A DNA stretch of 64,000 bases, from NCBI GenBank assembly GCA_963810645.1, contig CAWEOK010000016.1:60280-124279 (forward strand), in the 5' to 3' direction. The translations under genes and the position numbers were made by a program. The stretch is from an uncultured Solirubrobacterales bacterium. Lineage in GTDB: Bacteria > Actinomycetota > Thermoleophilia > Solirubrobacterales > Solirubrobacteraceae. The stretch's first letter is position 1. Each line of letters begins with the position of its first letter. This document shows, piece by piece, positions 54,465 through 64,000 of this stretch. The notes beneath the pieces are model-generated. The model ran no database searches and was not told the DNA's origin. It saw only the letters and a list, made by a program, of their open reading frames with translations.

Positions 54465-54907
54465 CCGAACAACGACGTGACCGTGCCTTCCAGCAATTTC
54501 AAACCGGCCGGGGTGGCCAACAGCACCGCGACGATCCCCACCACGAACACGCCCGCCGCCTCCTTGAAGTCGCGGCGGAAGGCCAGCACGATCGAGGCGA
54601 TCGCCAGTGCGAGCCCGATCAGGCTCATCGCGATCGTGCGTCCTGTGCTGTCCGCTTTCTGGGCGGCCGATTCGAGCGAGTTACCCGTCGTTTCCGTAGA
54701 TTCCTTAGAAGTCGCCTTCTGGGCGCTTCCCCGATCGATGCTTCCCTGCTGGGCGCTGTCCTGCTGGATGCTCGACTGAGCGGGCGCTTCGACTGCGGCC
54801 TGCGCGGCGGGCGCACCGGCGAGGAGGCACACGCCCGCGAGCAGCAGGATCGCCCGGGCGCGGGTGTAGCGGGTCTTGGGGAGTGGGAGAACAGCGGAGA
54901 GCTGCAT
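54461..54907 (-). CDS. small secreted/membrane protein with VirB2/TrbC-pilin-like topology (signal peptide, polar linker, two C-terminal TM helices)
   Basis: The signal peptide ends in ...AGAPAAQA, followed by a Gln/Ser-rich linker, then IAMSLIGLALAIASIVLAF and GVFVVGIVAVLLATPAGL. The RBS is GAAAGGAA. Located between the TcpC-like and TcpE-like genes. Confidence 0.45.
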   Translation of the reverse strand: MQLSAVLPLPKTRYTRARAILLLAGVCLLAGAPAAQAAVEAPAQSSIQQDSAQQGSIDRGSAQKATSKESTETTGNSLESAAQKADSTGRTIAMSLIGLALAIASIVLAFRRDFKEAAGVFVVGIVAVLLATPAGLKLLEGTVTSLFG

Positions 54908-54951
54908 GCGGGTTCCTTTCTGGTTGTGGTGATGTCAGGAGTCGGGTCCAG

Positions 54952-55863
54952 TCATGAGTCGGGGTCCATCTGAATGGCGGACACCTCCCAGCGGCCCTGC
55001 ATGCGGGCGACGTCCAGTTCGTAGGCGAGCGTGTACCTGGCGCCGCGCGTGTCCTGGGCCTGCACGACGGCGAGCACCGCACCCGGTCCGCCGGCCCAAT
55101 CCAGGCGCTGCACCGATTCCAGGCTCAGCGCCTGCGCCGGCAGCGCGACGCGCGCTTCCCCGGTCAGATCCGCTGCTAGCTCCGAGCCCGAGGCCGACAG
55201 GTAGTTGCGCAGGGCGCGGTCCACGACCGTCGCGAGCGCCGGTTCGCTGACTTCGCGCAGGTGCGCCTGCGCCTGTGCTTGGGCGGGACCGCTGGCTGGG
55301 GCGCCCACGAATGCTGGATACCCGCCAAGCGCGAGGCTCCCGGAGGCGGTGCGCACGACCGGCACCGTCAGGTACTGCAGGCCCGCGTCGTTGGTCTGGG
55401 CGGCGACCGTATACACGTGCTCGGGGCGGGCGGGCGCCGATTCCAATTCCCGCTCTTGCACGACTTCGGTCCATTCCACGCGCTGTTCGCCGCTCGAGGG
55501 CGGCTGTAGGCCCGCGCCGGGTTCGATCCCGGGACCGGCATACGCGGCCAGCGCACGTTCGTGCGCCTGCGGTTCGGCGGCGTTCCAGGTCAGGTAGCTG
55601 CGCGTGAACTGCGAGGCGAACCCCTCGGCCGCGAGATCGGGCGGCGCCGGCGCCGGCGCGGTCCTCGGTATGACCGGCCGCGGCGGGTCGATCGCAAAGC
55701 GCGCGCTCGCCGCGAGCCCCACGACCGCCACAGCGCTCAGCAGATAACGGGTCCATTCGCGCGCCGCGCGGATCCGCCACAGCGGCTTTGCATCAACCGT
55801 CACTCGCGTGCGCACGTGCGCGTTACCGGCCGTCGCCTCCTCGATCCAGGGCGTCCCGCGCAT
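54952..55863 (-). CDS. TcpC/ConB-like (VirB8 analogue) bitopic protein
   Basis: From the ATG at 55861-55863: a short cytoplasmic N-terminus, one TM (YLLSAVAVVGLAASARF), then two repeated alpha+beta (NTF2-like by pattern) halves (FASQFTRSYLTW... and VDRALRNYLSA...). The stop and start share 1 nt (TGATG) with the upstream gene. Confidence 0.55.
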   Translation of the reverse strand: MRGTPWIEEATAGNAHVRTRVTVDAKPLWRIRAAREWTRYLLSAVAVVGLAASARFAIDPPRPVIPRTAPAPAPPDLAAEGFASQFTRSYLTWNAAEPQAHERALAAYAGPGIEPGAGLQPPSSGEQRVEWTEVVQERELESAPARPEHVYTVAAQTNDAGLQYLTVPVVRTASGSLALGGYPAFVGAPASGPAQAQAQAHLREVSEPALATVVDRALRNYLSASGSELAADLTGEARVALPAQALSLESVQRLDWAGGPGAVLAVVQAQDTRGARYTLAYELDVARMQGRWEVSAIQMDPDS

Positions 55864-56642
55864 CAGTGCTCGAACCCGAACTCGCTCTGGGCCCGTGCTG
55901 CGGGGGCGGTTTCGGTGGGCGTGCTCTGCGCCGCGCTCGCTGCCGGTGCGGAGGTCTCCTGGGGAGTGCTCGCGACGGGTGTGTAGGTGGCTTGCTCGGG
56001 CTGTGGTTCGCGAGTCGGCGCCGCTTGCGCAACGCGTACGTTCGCGGCCTTCGCTGCAACAGCCGCACCCGCGCGCGGCCTGCCCTGCCCGCTTCGCGCC
56101 ACGCGAGTCGATTCGCCTCGTGCCGAAGCCCGCTGCGTATCGCCCCGATGGCCCCCGTCCTGCCAAGCACCGACCCTGTGCACAGTCTCCCGCCGCAGCG
56201 TGACGCGCGTTGGAGACGCCATGACGACACGTGGCCCACCACCGATCGACGGCGCGCTGCGCGCGGGCGTGGATACGGCGACGACAGCGATCTGACGATC
56301 GCCAGGATGTGAGCGCAGCCCGACGAGTCCCACCGTCACACCGACCGTCCCCACCGCACCGGTCAGCGCGGCAGCCCCCGCGAGCCGGCGCAGTCTGCGC
56401 TCCCGCGAGATGCCCGCCCCCACCGTTGCTGCCGGTATGACCGGCGGCGCATATTGCCCCGCTATATGCACGGTCATCTCGGTCAGCTCGGGCGCAGCCA
56501 CCTCCCTCAGCTCGGGCGCAGCCACCTCCGTCAGCTCGACCATCGGCGCGTCCCAGTCGGCGAACGGATCGACCCCGGCCAGGTACTCATCCTCGCTGTA
56601 GACCCGGTAGACCGCGCGGTGGCGGCGCTGCAGGAGCGTCAT
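55863..56642 (-). CDS. bitopic membrane protein of unknown function; first gene of the T4SS-like operon
   Basis: Cytoplasmic N-terminus with a duplicated ELTEVAAP/ELREVAAP unit, a TM (LAGAAALTGAVGTVGVTVGLVGL) and an Ala/Pro/Thr/Gln-rich C-terminus. Confidence 0.5.
   Translation of the reverse strand: MTLLQRRHRAVYRVYSEDEYLAGVDPFADWDAPMVELTEVAAPELREVAAPELTEMTVHIAGQYAPPVIPAATVGAGISRERRLRRLAGAAALTGAVGTVGVTVGLVGLRSHPGDRQIAVVAVSTPARSAPSIGGGPRVVMASPTRVTLRRETVHRVGAWQDGGHRGDTQRASARGESTRVARSGQGRPRAGAAVAAKAANVRVAQAAPTREPQPEQATYTPVASTPQETSAPAASAAQSTPTETAPAARAQSEFGFEH
56483..56539. repeat. 2.4 copies of a 24-bp tandem repeat inside the 259-aa gene
   Basis: tcagctcgggcgcagccacctccc / tcagctcgggcgcagccacctccg / tcagctcga. 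Confidence 0.9.
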
Positions 56643-56682
56643 GCGAGCACCGCCCGGGTGACATAGCTGACGTAAAGAACAG

Positions 56683-56725
56683 GCGGCCGGAAGCCGAGAT
56701 GGGGAGATATCCGGCTTCCGGCCGC
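56683..56725 (-). terminator. strong hairpin (14-bp perfect GC-rich stem, 15-nt loop) followed on the minus strand by a T-rich tract; candidate terminator/attenuator between the sigma gene and the T4SS-like operon
   Basis: GCGGCCGGAAGCCG ... CGGCTTCCGGCCGC. On the minus strand it is followed by cctgTTCTTTAcg. Confidence 0.5.
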
Positions 56726-56811
56726 TCGCGGATGGGCATCGCCGTACGGTCGTCCGTTCGATCGACTGCCGGCGTCCCAGGGGACGCGCCTATGAGTGGG
56801 GGGAGATATGT

Positions 56812-57726
56812 TCATAGGTGGGTCCCTGTCTTCTCTCCCGACCCGGATCCCAAAACGGGACACTTCTCGCGAAAAGTTTTTTCTGCGGCGGCGAGATGCG
56901 CCCCCGCCAGTCCCTCCTCGCCCTGGACCGCATCGCCGTGCTCGGCCGCCCCCGCCACCTCCGGCGCCGCCTCGCCCTGCACCACCCCGTCCCGTGTCTC
57001 CGTCTCCCGTGCCGCCTCGTCCAAGCCTTCAACCGCCGGCGTCTGCTCGTTCCCGGCCAATTCGTCCAGCATCGCCCGCAGCCGCACACGTGCGCGCTGG
57101 GTGACCTTGCGGTGCTTGGCGAGCGTCCACCCAAACGTGGCGCAGAACTCTTCAGCCCCCATCTGCAACCCGATCTGACACGCGAGGACGAGTCGCTGGT
57201 CGGGGCTCAGCCCGTGTGCCAACCGCTCAACCGAACGCAGCTCGTGGCGCAGAAGCATGCGCTGCTCGATGTCGGCCCTGCGATCGGCCAGCTCGATTTC
57301 CTGCTCGCCTACGCCGCCCAGCGACATCGCCCCGTCGAGGATCGCCTGGGCCGGGCTGCGTCCCGACAGCGCGCGGCGACGGTCAATGATCCGCGAGTGA
57401 AAGCGCAGCTCCAGCGTGTTGCGCAGGTGCGCGCGGCTGGAGTACCGCAGCTCCCCGCGACGCGCCTGGGCCACCAGCTCGACGGTCGCCTGGCTGTAGC
57501 AGTCCTCCAGATCGGCATGGCTCAGCCGATGACGGTGCACCGACAGCAGGGTCCGGCGCGAGGCGTGCGCCACGAGCGCGACCTCCTCGGCGGGATCGCG
57601 CCCCGCTGCACCCGATCCCCCCGGACCGGCCGCGGGCCAGATGCCGCCCAGAGTTCGTGCTGGCGCCGGGAATCGGGTAGACACATAGGCATGTCGCTCC
57701 CGGCCACCAGCAGACCCCCCCTCCAA
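56812..57726 (-). CDS. sigma-70 family (ECF-like) RNA polymerase sigma factor with an acidic C-terminal extension
   Basis: Region-2-like LSHADLEDCYSQATVELV and region-4 HTH-like LSPDQRLVLACQ...GWTLAKHRKVTQRARVRLRAML. The true start is probably downstream of 57726, because yihY starts there divergently. Confidence 0.55.
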   Translation of the reverse strand: MEGGSAGGRERHAYVSTRFPAPARTLGGIWPAAGPGGSGAAGRDPAEEVALVAHASRRTLLSVHRHRLSHADLEDCYSQATVELVAQARRGELRYSSRAHLRNTLELRFHSRIIDRRRALSGRSPAQAILDGAMSLGGVGEQEIELADRRADIEQRMLLRHELRSVERLAHGLSPDQRLVLACQIGLQMGAEEFCATFGWTLAKHRKVTQRARVRLRAMLDELAGNEQTPAVEGLDEAARETETRDGVVQGEAAPEVAGAAEHGDAVQGEEGLAGAHLAAAEKTFREKCPVLGSGSGEKTGTHL

Positions 57727-58685
57727 TGAGCATCACCGACCGCCTGCACGCGCTCGACCGCCGCCAGCAGCAGCACCCGCGCGTCGCGTTCGTGGCGGCC
57801 GTCATCAAGAAGTTCGGCGACGACGAAGCCAGCCGGATGGCGGTGCTGATCGCCTACTACGGGTTCGTATCGCTGTTTCCGCTGCTGCTGGTGCTGGTGA
57901 CGGTGTTGGGTTTCGTGCTGGAAGGAGATCAGCAGACCCAGGCCAGCGTGTTGCACTCCGCGCTGGGGCAGTTCCCGATCATCGGCCAGCAACTGGAGAA
58001 CAACATCCATTCGTTGCATGGCAGCGCGGGCGCACTGGCGATCGGCGTAGTGGGACTGCTGCTCGGCGGCCTGGGCATCGTCGGCGCCACTCAGAACGCG
58101 CTGCAGCAGGTCTGGCACATACCGCGCAAGCGCAGGCCCAACTTCCTGGCGTGGCGGCTGCGGGGACTGGCGCTGTTCGTGGTGCTCGGCGTGCTGCTCG
58201 TCGTCTCGACCGCGATCGCGGGCTACGTGGCCGCCCAGACGGCCGGCGCCGTCGCCGTCATCGGGGGCGTTGTGCTCGCCCTGGCGTTCAATCTGGCGCT
58301 GTTCGGCGCCGCGTTCCGGTTTCTGAGCCCCGAAGAGATCCCCACCGGGGACCTGCTGCCCGGCGTGGTCGTGGCGGCCGTTCTGTGGCAGATCCTGCAG
58401 CACATCGGCGGCTACTACGTCGAGCACGTGGTTCGCCACGCGCAGGCGACCTCGGGATTGTTCGCGTTCGTGCTCGGTCTGCTCGCGTGGCTGTATCTCG
58501 GCGGGCAGATCCTGCTGATCGCGGCGGAGATCAACGTCGTGCACGCGCGCGGGCTGTGGCCGCGCAGCTTCTTCTCCGACCCGTTGCTGGATGCCGACCG
58601 GCGGGCGCTGAGATCATCGGCGGAGACCGAGGAACGGGTGGACGAGGAGAACGTCGAAGTCAGCTTCGACGCGCCTGGTGATTGA
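57726..58685 (+). CDS. yihY: YihY/BrkB-family membrane protein
   Basis: AAVIKKFGDDEASRMAVLIAYYGFVSLFPLLL... and a six-TM pattern typical of the family. Confidence 0.85.
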   Translation: MSITDRLHALDRRQQQHPRVAFVAAVIKKFGDDEASRMAVLIAYYGFVSLFPLLLVLVTVLGFVLEGDQQTQASVLHSALGQFPIIGQQLENNIHSLHGSAGALAIGVVGLLLGGLGIVGATQNALQQVWHIPRKRRPNFLAWRLRGLALFVVLGVLLVVSTAIAGYVAAQTAGAVAVIGGVVLALAFNLALFGAAFRFLSPEEIPTGDLLPGVVVAAVLWQILQHIGGYYVEHVVRHAQATSGLFAFVLGLLAWLYLGGQILLIAAEINVVHARGLWPRSFFSDPLLDADRRALRSSAETEERVDEENVEVSFDAPGD

Positions 58686-58730
58686 TATTTGGCTCTGCAA
58701 TGGGCCTTTACGAGGTCACCCGCAAAGTAC

Positions 58731-58759
58731 TTGCGCAAGCAACAACCCCGTGCTATACT
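58731..58759 (+). promoter_or_regulatory. near-consensus sigma-A promoter upstream of lon
   Basis: TTGCGC, a 17-nt spacer, then TATACT, in an AT-richer spacer. The 10-bp palindrome CTTGCGCAAG (58730-58739) overlaps the -35 element. Confidence 0.5.
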
Positions 58760-58781
58760 AACTAACAAATCGTAAGCTCAT

Positions 58782-61203
<2,422 letters not shown>

Positions 61204-61229
<26 letters not shown>

Positions 61230-61536
61230 GTGTCAGCCCGTTCCGGTCGAGGTTCGCGAAGCCGCGAGCCTGCTGGAGCGGCGCTGGCAGCTGTCGATCA
61301 TCTACGCGGCGCTCGCGGGCGCGTTGCGATTCAACGAATTCGCCGAGGCCGTCGCCGGCATCTCCCCGCGGATGCTCTCCGAGCGCCTGCGTGACCTGGA
61401 GGCCGCCGGACTGGTGCAGCGCACGGTCCTCCCCACCAGCCCACCGACCGTCGAGTACCGGCTGACCGCGCGCGGGCGGCGGCTGGGCCCGGTTATCGAG
61501 GCGATGCGGGCCTACGCGGAGGAACCCGTCGGCTGA
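61204..61536 (+). CDS. HxlR-family winged-helix transcriptional regulator
   Basis: LLERRWQLSIIYAL..G..RFNEF...GISPRMLSERLRDLEAAGLV.R......P..VEY.LT..G. The exact start is uncertain and overlaps the lon 3' end. Confidence 0.8.
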
Positions 61537-61611
61537 GACAACCGTGGACACACTGCGCGGGGCGTTGTCCTCGGTCACTCATGTGAGCAAGCACATTTCG
61601 CTCCCTGCGTC

Positions 61612-63318
61612 CTAGCCCCGCTTGGTCCACGGCCGTCTCAGGGGCGCTGTTCTTAAACCAGCGGCCTCCGGGCTTGCTCCGACCAGTGCGCCGCCCTCGC
61701 AGTCGGCGGCGCATACGACGCGTTCCGGGTTTCGCACACCGATGACCCCCGCGATGCCACCCAGCGCGACGAGCGCAGCCGCGATCGCCAGGCCGAGGTG
61801 GAAGCTGTGCAACGAGGCCGCTTCGGCGGCGCTCAGGACGGCGTGGGCCTGGCGCGGGGGCAATCCGTGAACATCGGGCAGGCCGAGCGGCAGGCGCTTG
61901 GCTTCGCGTACGGCCTTGTTCGCAGCCATACCGAGCGGCACGCCAGTCAGATGTGAGTCCAGGGATGCGGCGAACGCGGTGGCAATCGCAGCGCCGACCG
62001 CGGACGTACCTAGCAGACCGGCGACCCGGGCGACGGCGTTGTTGACGGCCGAGGCGATCCCCGCCTGCGAGCGTTCCGCCCCGGCGAGCACGGCGGCCGT
62101 GAGCGGGGCGACGGTCATCGACAGGCCAAGTGCAAACACGAGCAGCGCCGGCAGCACGTCGGCGGCGTAGTCCACGTGCACGCTGACGCGCTGAAACAGC
62201 AGCAACCCGACCGCGGCCACGAGCGGCCCGAGACCCATGAACAGGCGCGGGCCGTAGCGGTCGGCGAGCGCTCCGAAGCGGCGGGAGGCCGCGAACATGA
62301 CGAGCGTCACGGGCAGCGTCGCCAGACCGCTCTGCAGCGGCGTGTACCCGCCGACCTGCTGCAGGAACAGGACGAGGAAGAAGAACAGCACGGCCAGACC
62401 GGCGTACATCGCGAGCGTCTCGATGTTGCCGGCCGAGAAATTTCGCCGCCGGAACAGGCCCAGCGGCAGCATCGGGTCGCGCGCGCGGGACTCGTAGGCC
62501 ACGAACGCGAGCAGCAGCGCGACGCCGGCGATCAACGGCACGAGCACGCCGACGCTGGACCATCCGAGCCGGGGCTGCTCGATCAGCGCGAACACCGGAC
62601 CCCCGAGCCCGAGCGCGCACAGCGCGGCGCCGGGCAGGTCGATGCGGCGGGGACGATCCGGTCGCGGCTGTCCGCCGCGACCACCACCCCCCTCCCCCGG
62701 CACCGCAACTCCGTTCCCCGTCACCACGGCCGCGACGGGGCGCTCGGCGCGGGGGATCACGAGCAGGATCAGCGTCACGCAGACGATCGTGAACGGCAGG
62801 TTGAGCAGGAAAATCCAGCGCCAGGAGGCGATCGCCAGCAGCTCCCCGCCCGCCAGCGGCCCGAGCACGGTCGCGATCCCGCCCCACGCCGTCCAGCTGC
62901 CGATCGCCGGGCCACGCTCGGACTCCTCGAACGTGGCCACGATCGTCGCGAGCGAGCTGGGCACGAGCAGCGCGCCCGCCACGCCCTGCAGCGCCCGCGC
63001 CGCGACGAGCGCGTAGATCGAGGGCGCGAGCGCACATCCCAGCGAGGTCACACCGAAGCCGGCGACCCCGAGCGCGAAGATCCGCCGCTCCCCGTACAGA
63101 TCCCCGAGCGATCCGCCGATCAGGATCAGCGAGCCGAGCGTCAGCAGGTAGCCGTTGAGGACCCACTGCTGCGCGGCCAGCCCGCCGCCGAGCGCGCGCT
63201 GGATGCTCGGCAGCGCCACGTTCACGGCGGTCCCGTCGAGCAGCACGATCCCCGATCCGATGATGCATGCGAGGAGCGTCAGTTGCTTGCGCGCGGACTC
63301 GGTGCGGACGGCGGGCAT
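61612..63318 (-). CDS. MFS transporter, DHA2 (EmrB/QacA, 14-TMS) family
   Basis: From the ATG at 63316-63318: LLDGTAVNVALPSIQRALGG...WVLNGYLLTL...GGSLGDLYGERR.F. The maximal ORF adds about 120 implausible residues. Confidence 0.9.
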   Translation of the reverse strand: MPAVRTESARKQLTLLACIIGSGIVLLDGTAVNVALPSIQRALGGGLAAQQWVLNGYLLTLGSLILIGGSLGDLYGERRIFALGVAGFGVTSLGCALAPSIYALVAARALQGVAGALLVPSSLATIVATFEESERGPAIGSWTAWGGIATVLGPLAGGELLAIASWRWIFLLNLPFTIVCVTLILLVIPRAERPVAAVVTGNGVAVPGEGGGGRGGQPRPDRPRRIDLPGAALCALGLGGPVFALIEQPRLGWSSVGVLVPLIAGVALLLAFVAYESRARDPMLPLGLFRRRNFSAGNIETLAMYAGLAVLFFFLVLFLQQVGGYTPLQSGLATLPVTLVMFAASRRFGALADRYGPRLFMGLGPLVAAVGLLLFQRVSVHVDYAADVLPALLVFALGLSMTVAPLTAAVLAGAERSQAGIASAVNNAVARVAGLLGTSAVGAAIATAFAASLDSHLTGVPLGMAANKAVREAKRLPLGLPDVHGLPPRQAHAVLSAAEAASLHSFHLGLAIAAALVALGGIAGVIGVRNPERVVCAADCEGGALVGASPEAAGLRTAPLRRPWTKRG

Positions 63319-63411
63319 CCCGAGAGGACAGTACTCCGGTGCTCCGCCTCCGAGCGGATGCCGATACCGATACAGGACCGGCGGTGCAGATCGGCTAGCG
63401 TGGCCACAGCG

Positions 63412-64000
63412 ATGACCGACGCGACCGGCAGAGAGCTCGCGCCCCAGGAGCGCTGGAGCGCGGTGGATGAGTACATCACCGGCATGCTCGTGCCGGAGGA
63501 TGCGGCGCTGGAGCAAGCGCTCGCGGACAGCGCCGCCGCGGGGCTGCCGCCGATCGCGGTCACCCCCAACCAGGGTAAGCTGCTGGAACTGCTCGCGCGG
63601 GTGCAGGGCGCCCGTACGATCCTGGAGCTCGGCACGCTCGGCGGGTACAGCACGATCTGGCTGGCGCGCGCGTTGCCGCCGGGCGGACACCTGGTCACGC
63701 TGGAGGCCGAGCCCCGGTTCGCGGAGATCGCCTGGGCCAACATCGAGCGCGCAGGCTTCGGTGAGGTGGTCGAGCTACGGGTCGGGCCAGCGCTCGAGAC
63801 GCTCCCCCAGCTTGCCGAAGAGGGTGCGGGGCCGTTCGATCTGATCTTCATCGACGCCGACAAGGACAACTACCCGGGCTACCTGGAGTGGTCGCTTGAG
63901 CTGTCCCATCCGGGCACGCTGATCATCGGCGACAACGTCGTGCGCGACGGGCGCGTGCTCGACCCCGACGCGGGCGATCCATCGGGCGGCAACCCGCTGA
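63412..64000 (+). CDS. class I SAM-dependent O-methyltransferase (family 3, caffeoyl-CoA OMT/YrrM-like); 3' end runs off the window
   Basis: My own translation from the ATG at 63412: MTDATGRE...GKLLELLARVQGARTILELGTLGGYSTIWLA...DLIFIDADKDNYPGYLEW...GTLIIGDNV. It is absent from the ORF track because there is no stop in the window. Confidence 0.85.
   Translation, partial: MTDATGRELAPQERWSAVDEYITGMLVPEDAALEQALADSAAAGLPPIAVTPNQGKLLELLARVQGARTILELGTLGGYSTIWLARALPPGGHLVTLEAEPRFAEIAWANIERAGFGEVVELRVGPALETLPQLAEEGAGPFDLIFIDADKDNYPGYLEWSLELSHPGTLIIGDNVVRDGRVLDPDAGDPSGGNPL

Noticed and set aside
56701-56809. 10-nt direct repeat GGGGAGATAT, once in the hairpin loop (56701-56710) and once near the sigma gene stop (about 56800-56809)
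   Set aside because: Two copies of a 10-mer about 100 nt apart could be chance, and there is no supporting context.
47086-57726. Boundaries of an integrative conjugative element around the T4SS genes
   Set aside because: I found no integrase, tRNA, relaxase, coupling protein or flanking direct repeats by eye, and no obvious compositional shift. I therefore did not annotate a mobile_element feature. This needs whole-genome tools.

Overview
High-GC (by eye roughly 70%) actinobacterial-type chromosomal segment, about 60 genes, densely packed, with many 1- or 4-nt start/stop overlaps. I recognised no rRNA, tRNA, CRISPR array, transposase or integrase. (1) Positions 1-25620 form one minus-strand array: hisC (partial), aroH-type chorismate mutase, rluB, scpB-scpA, trpS, the glycine cleavage genes gcvPB-gcvPA-gcvH-gcvT, then a complete dcw cluster (ftsZ, ftsQ, murB, murC, murG, ftsW, murD, mraY, murF, murE, ftsI, ftsL-like, rsmH, mraZ) with candidate MraZ boxes upstream. 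(2) Positions 25.9-39.1 kb hold a lipoprotein, an APC permease fused to a Usp domain, a small hypothetical gene, a Rho gene split by a 1-nt frameshift, folP, glpD, pntAA-pntAB-pntB, a PduO-type cobalamin adenosyltransferase and a PAP2 phosphatase. (3) Positions 39.2-45.7 kb (minus strand) are the most interesting locus. A clear cobalamin riboswitch, with a perfect B12 box, sits ahead of a five-gene operon. The operon encodes two extracytoplasmic DUF4430 (transcobalamin beta-domain-like) proteins, EcfT, a fused double EcfA ATPase, and an ECF S-component-like membrane domain fused to an extracytoplasmic prenyltransferase-like alpha/alpha-toroid domain. I read this as a candidate, apparently uncharacterised, corrinoid capture and uptake system resembling a split transcobalamin. 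(4) Positions 47.2-56.6 kb (minus strand) carry a translationally coupled Gram-positive-type type IV secretion core in ICEBs1/Tcp gene order: TcpC/VirB8-like, VirB2-like, TcpE/VirB3-like, VirB4, VirB6-like, CwlT/VirB1-like. No relaxase, coupling protein or integrase is in the window, housekeeping genes flank it, and a sigma-70-family gene plus a strong hairpin precede it. (5) Positions 57.7-64.0 kb hold yihY, lon (with a near-consensus promoter), hxlR, a DHA2-type MFS exporter and an O-methyltransferase (partial). Many long ORFs in the supplied track are antisense or alternate-frame artefacts of high GC content. Several real genes start well inside their maximal ORF.
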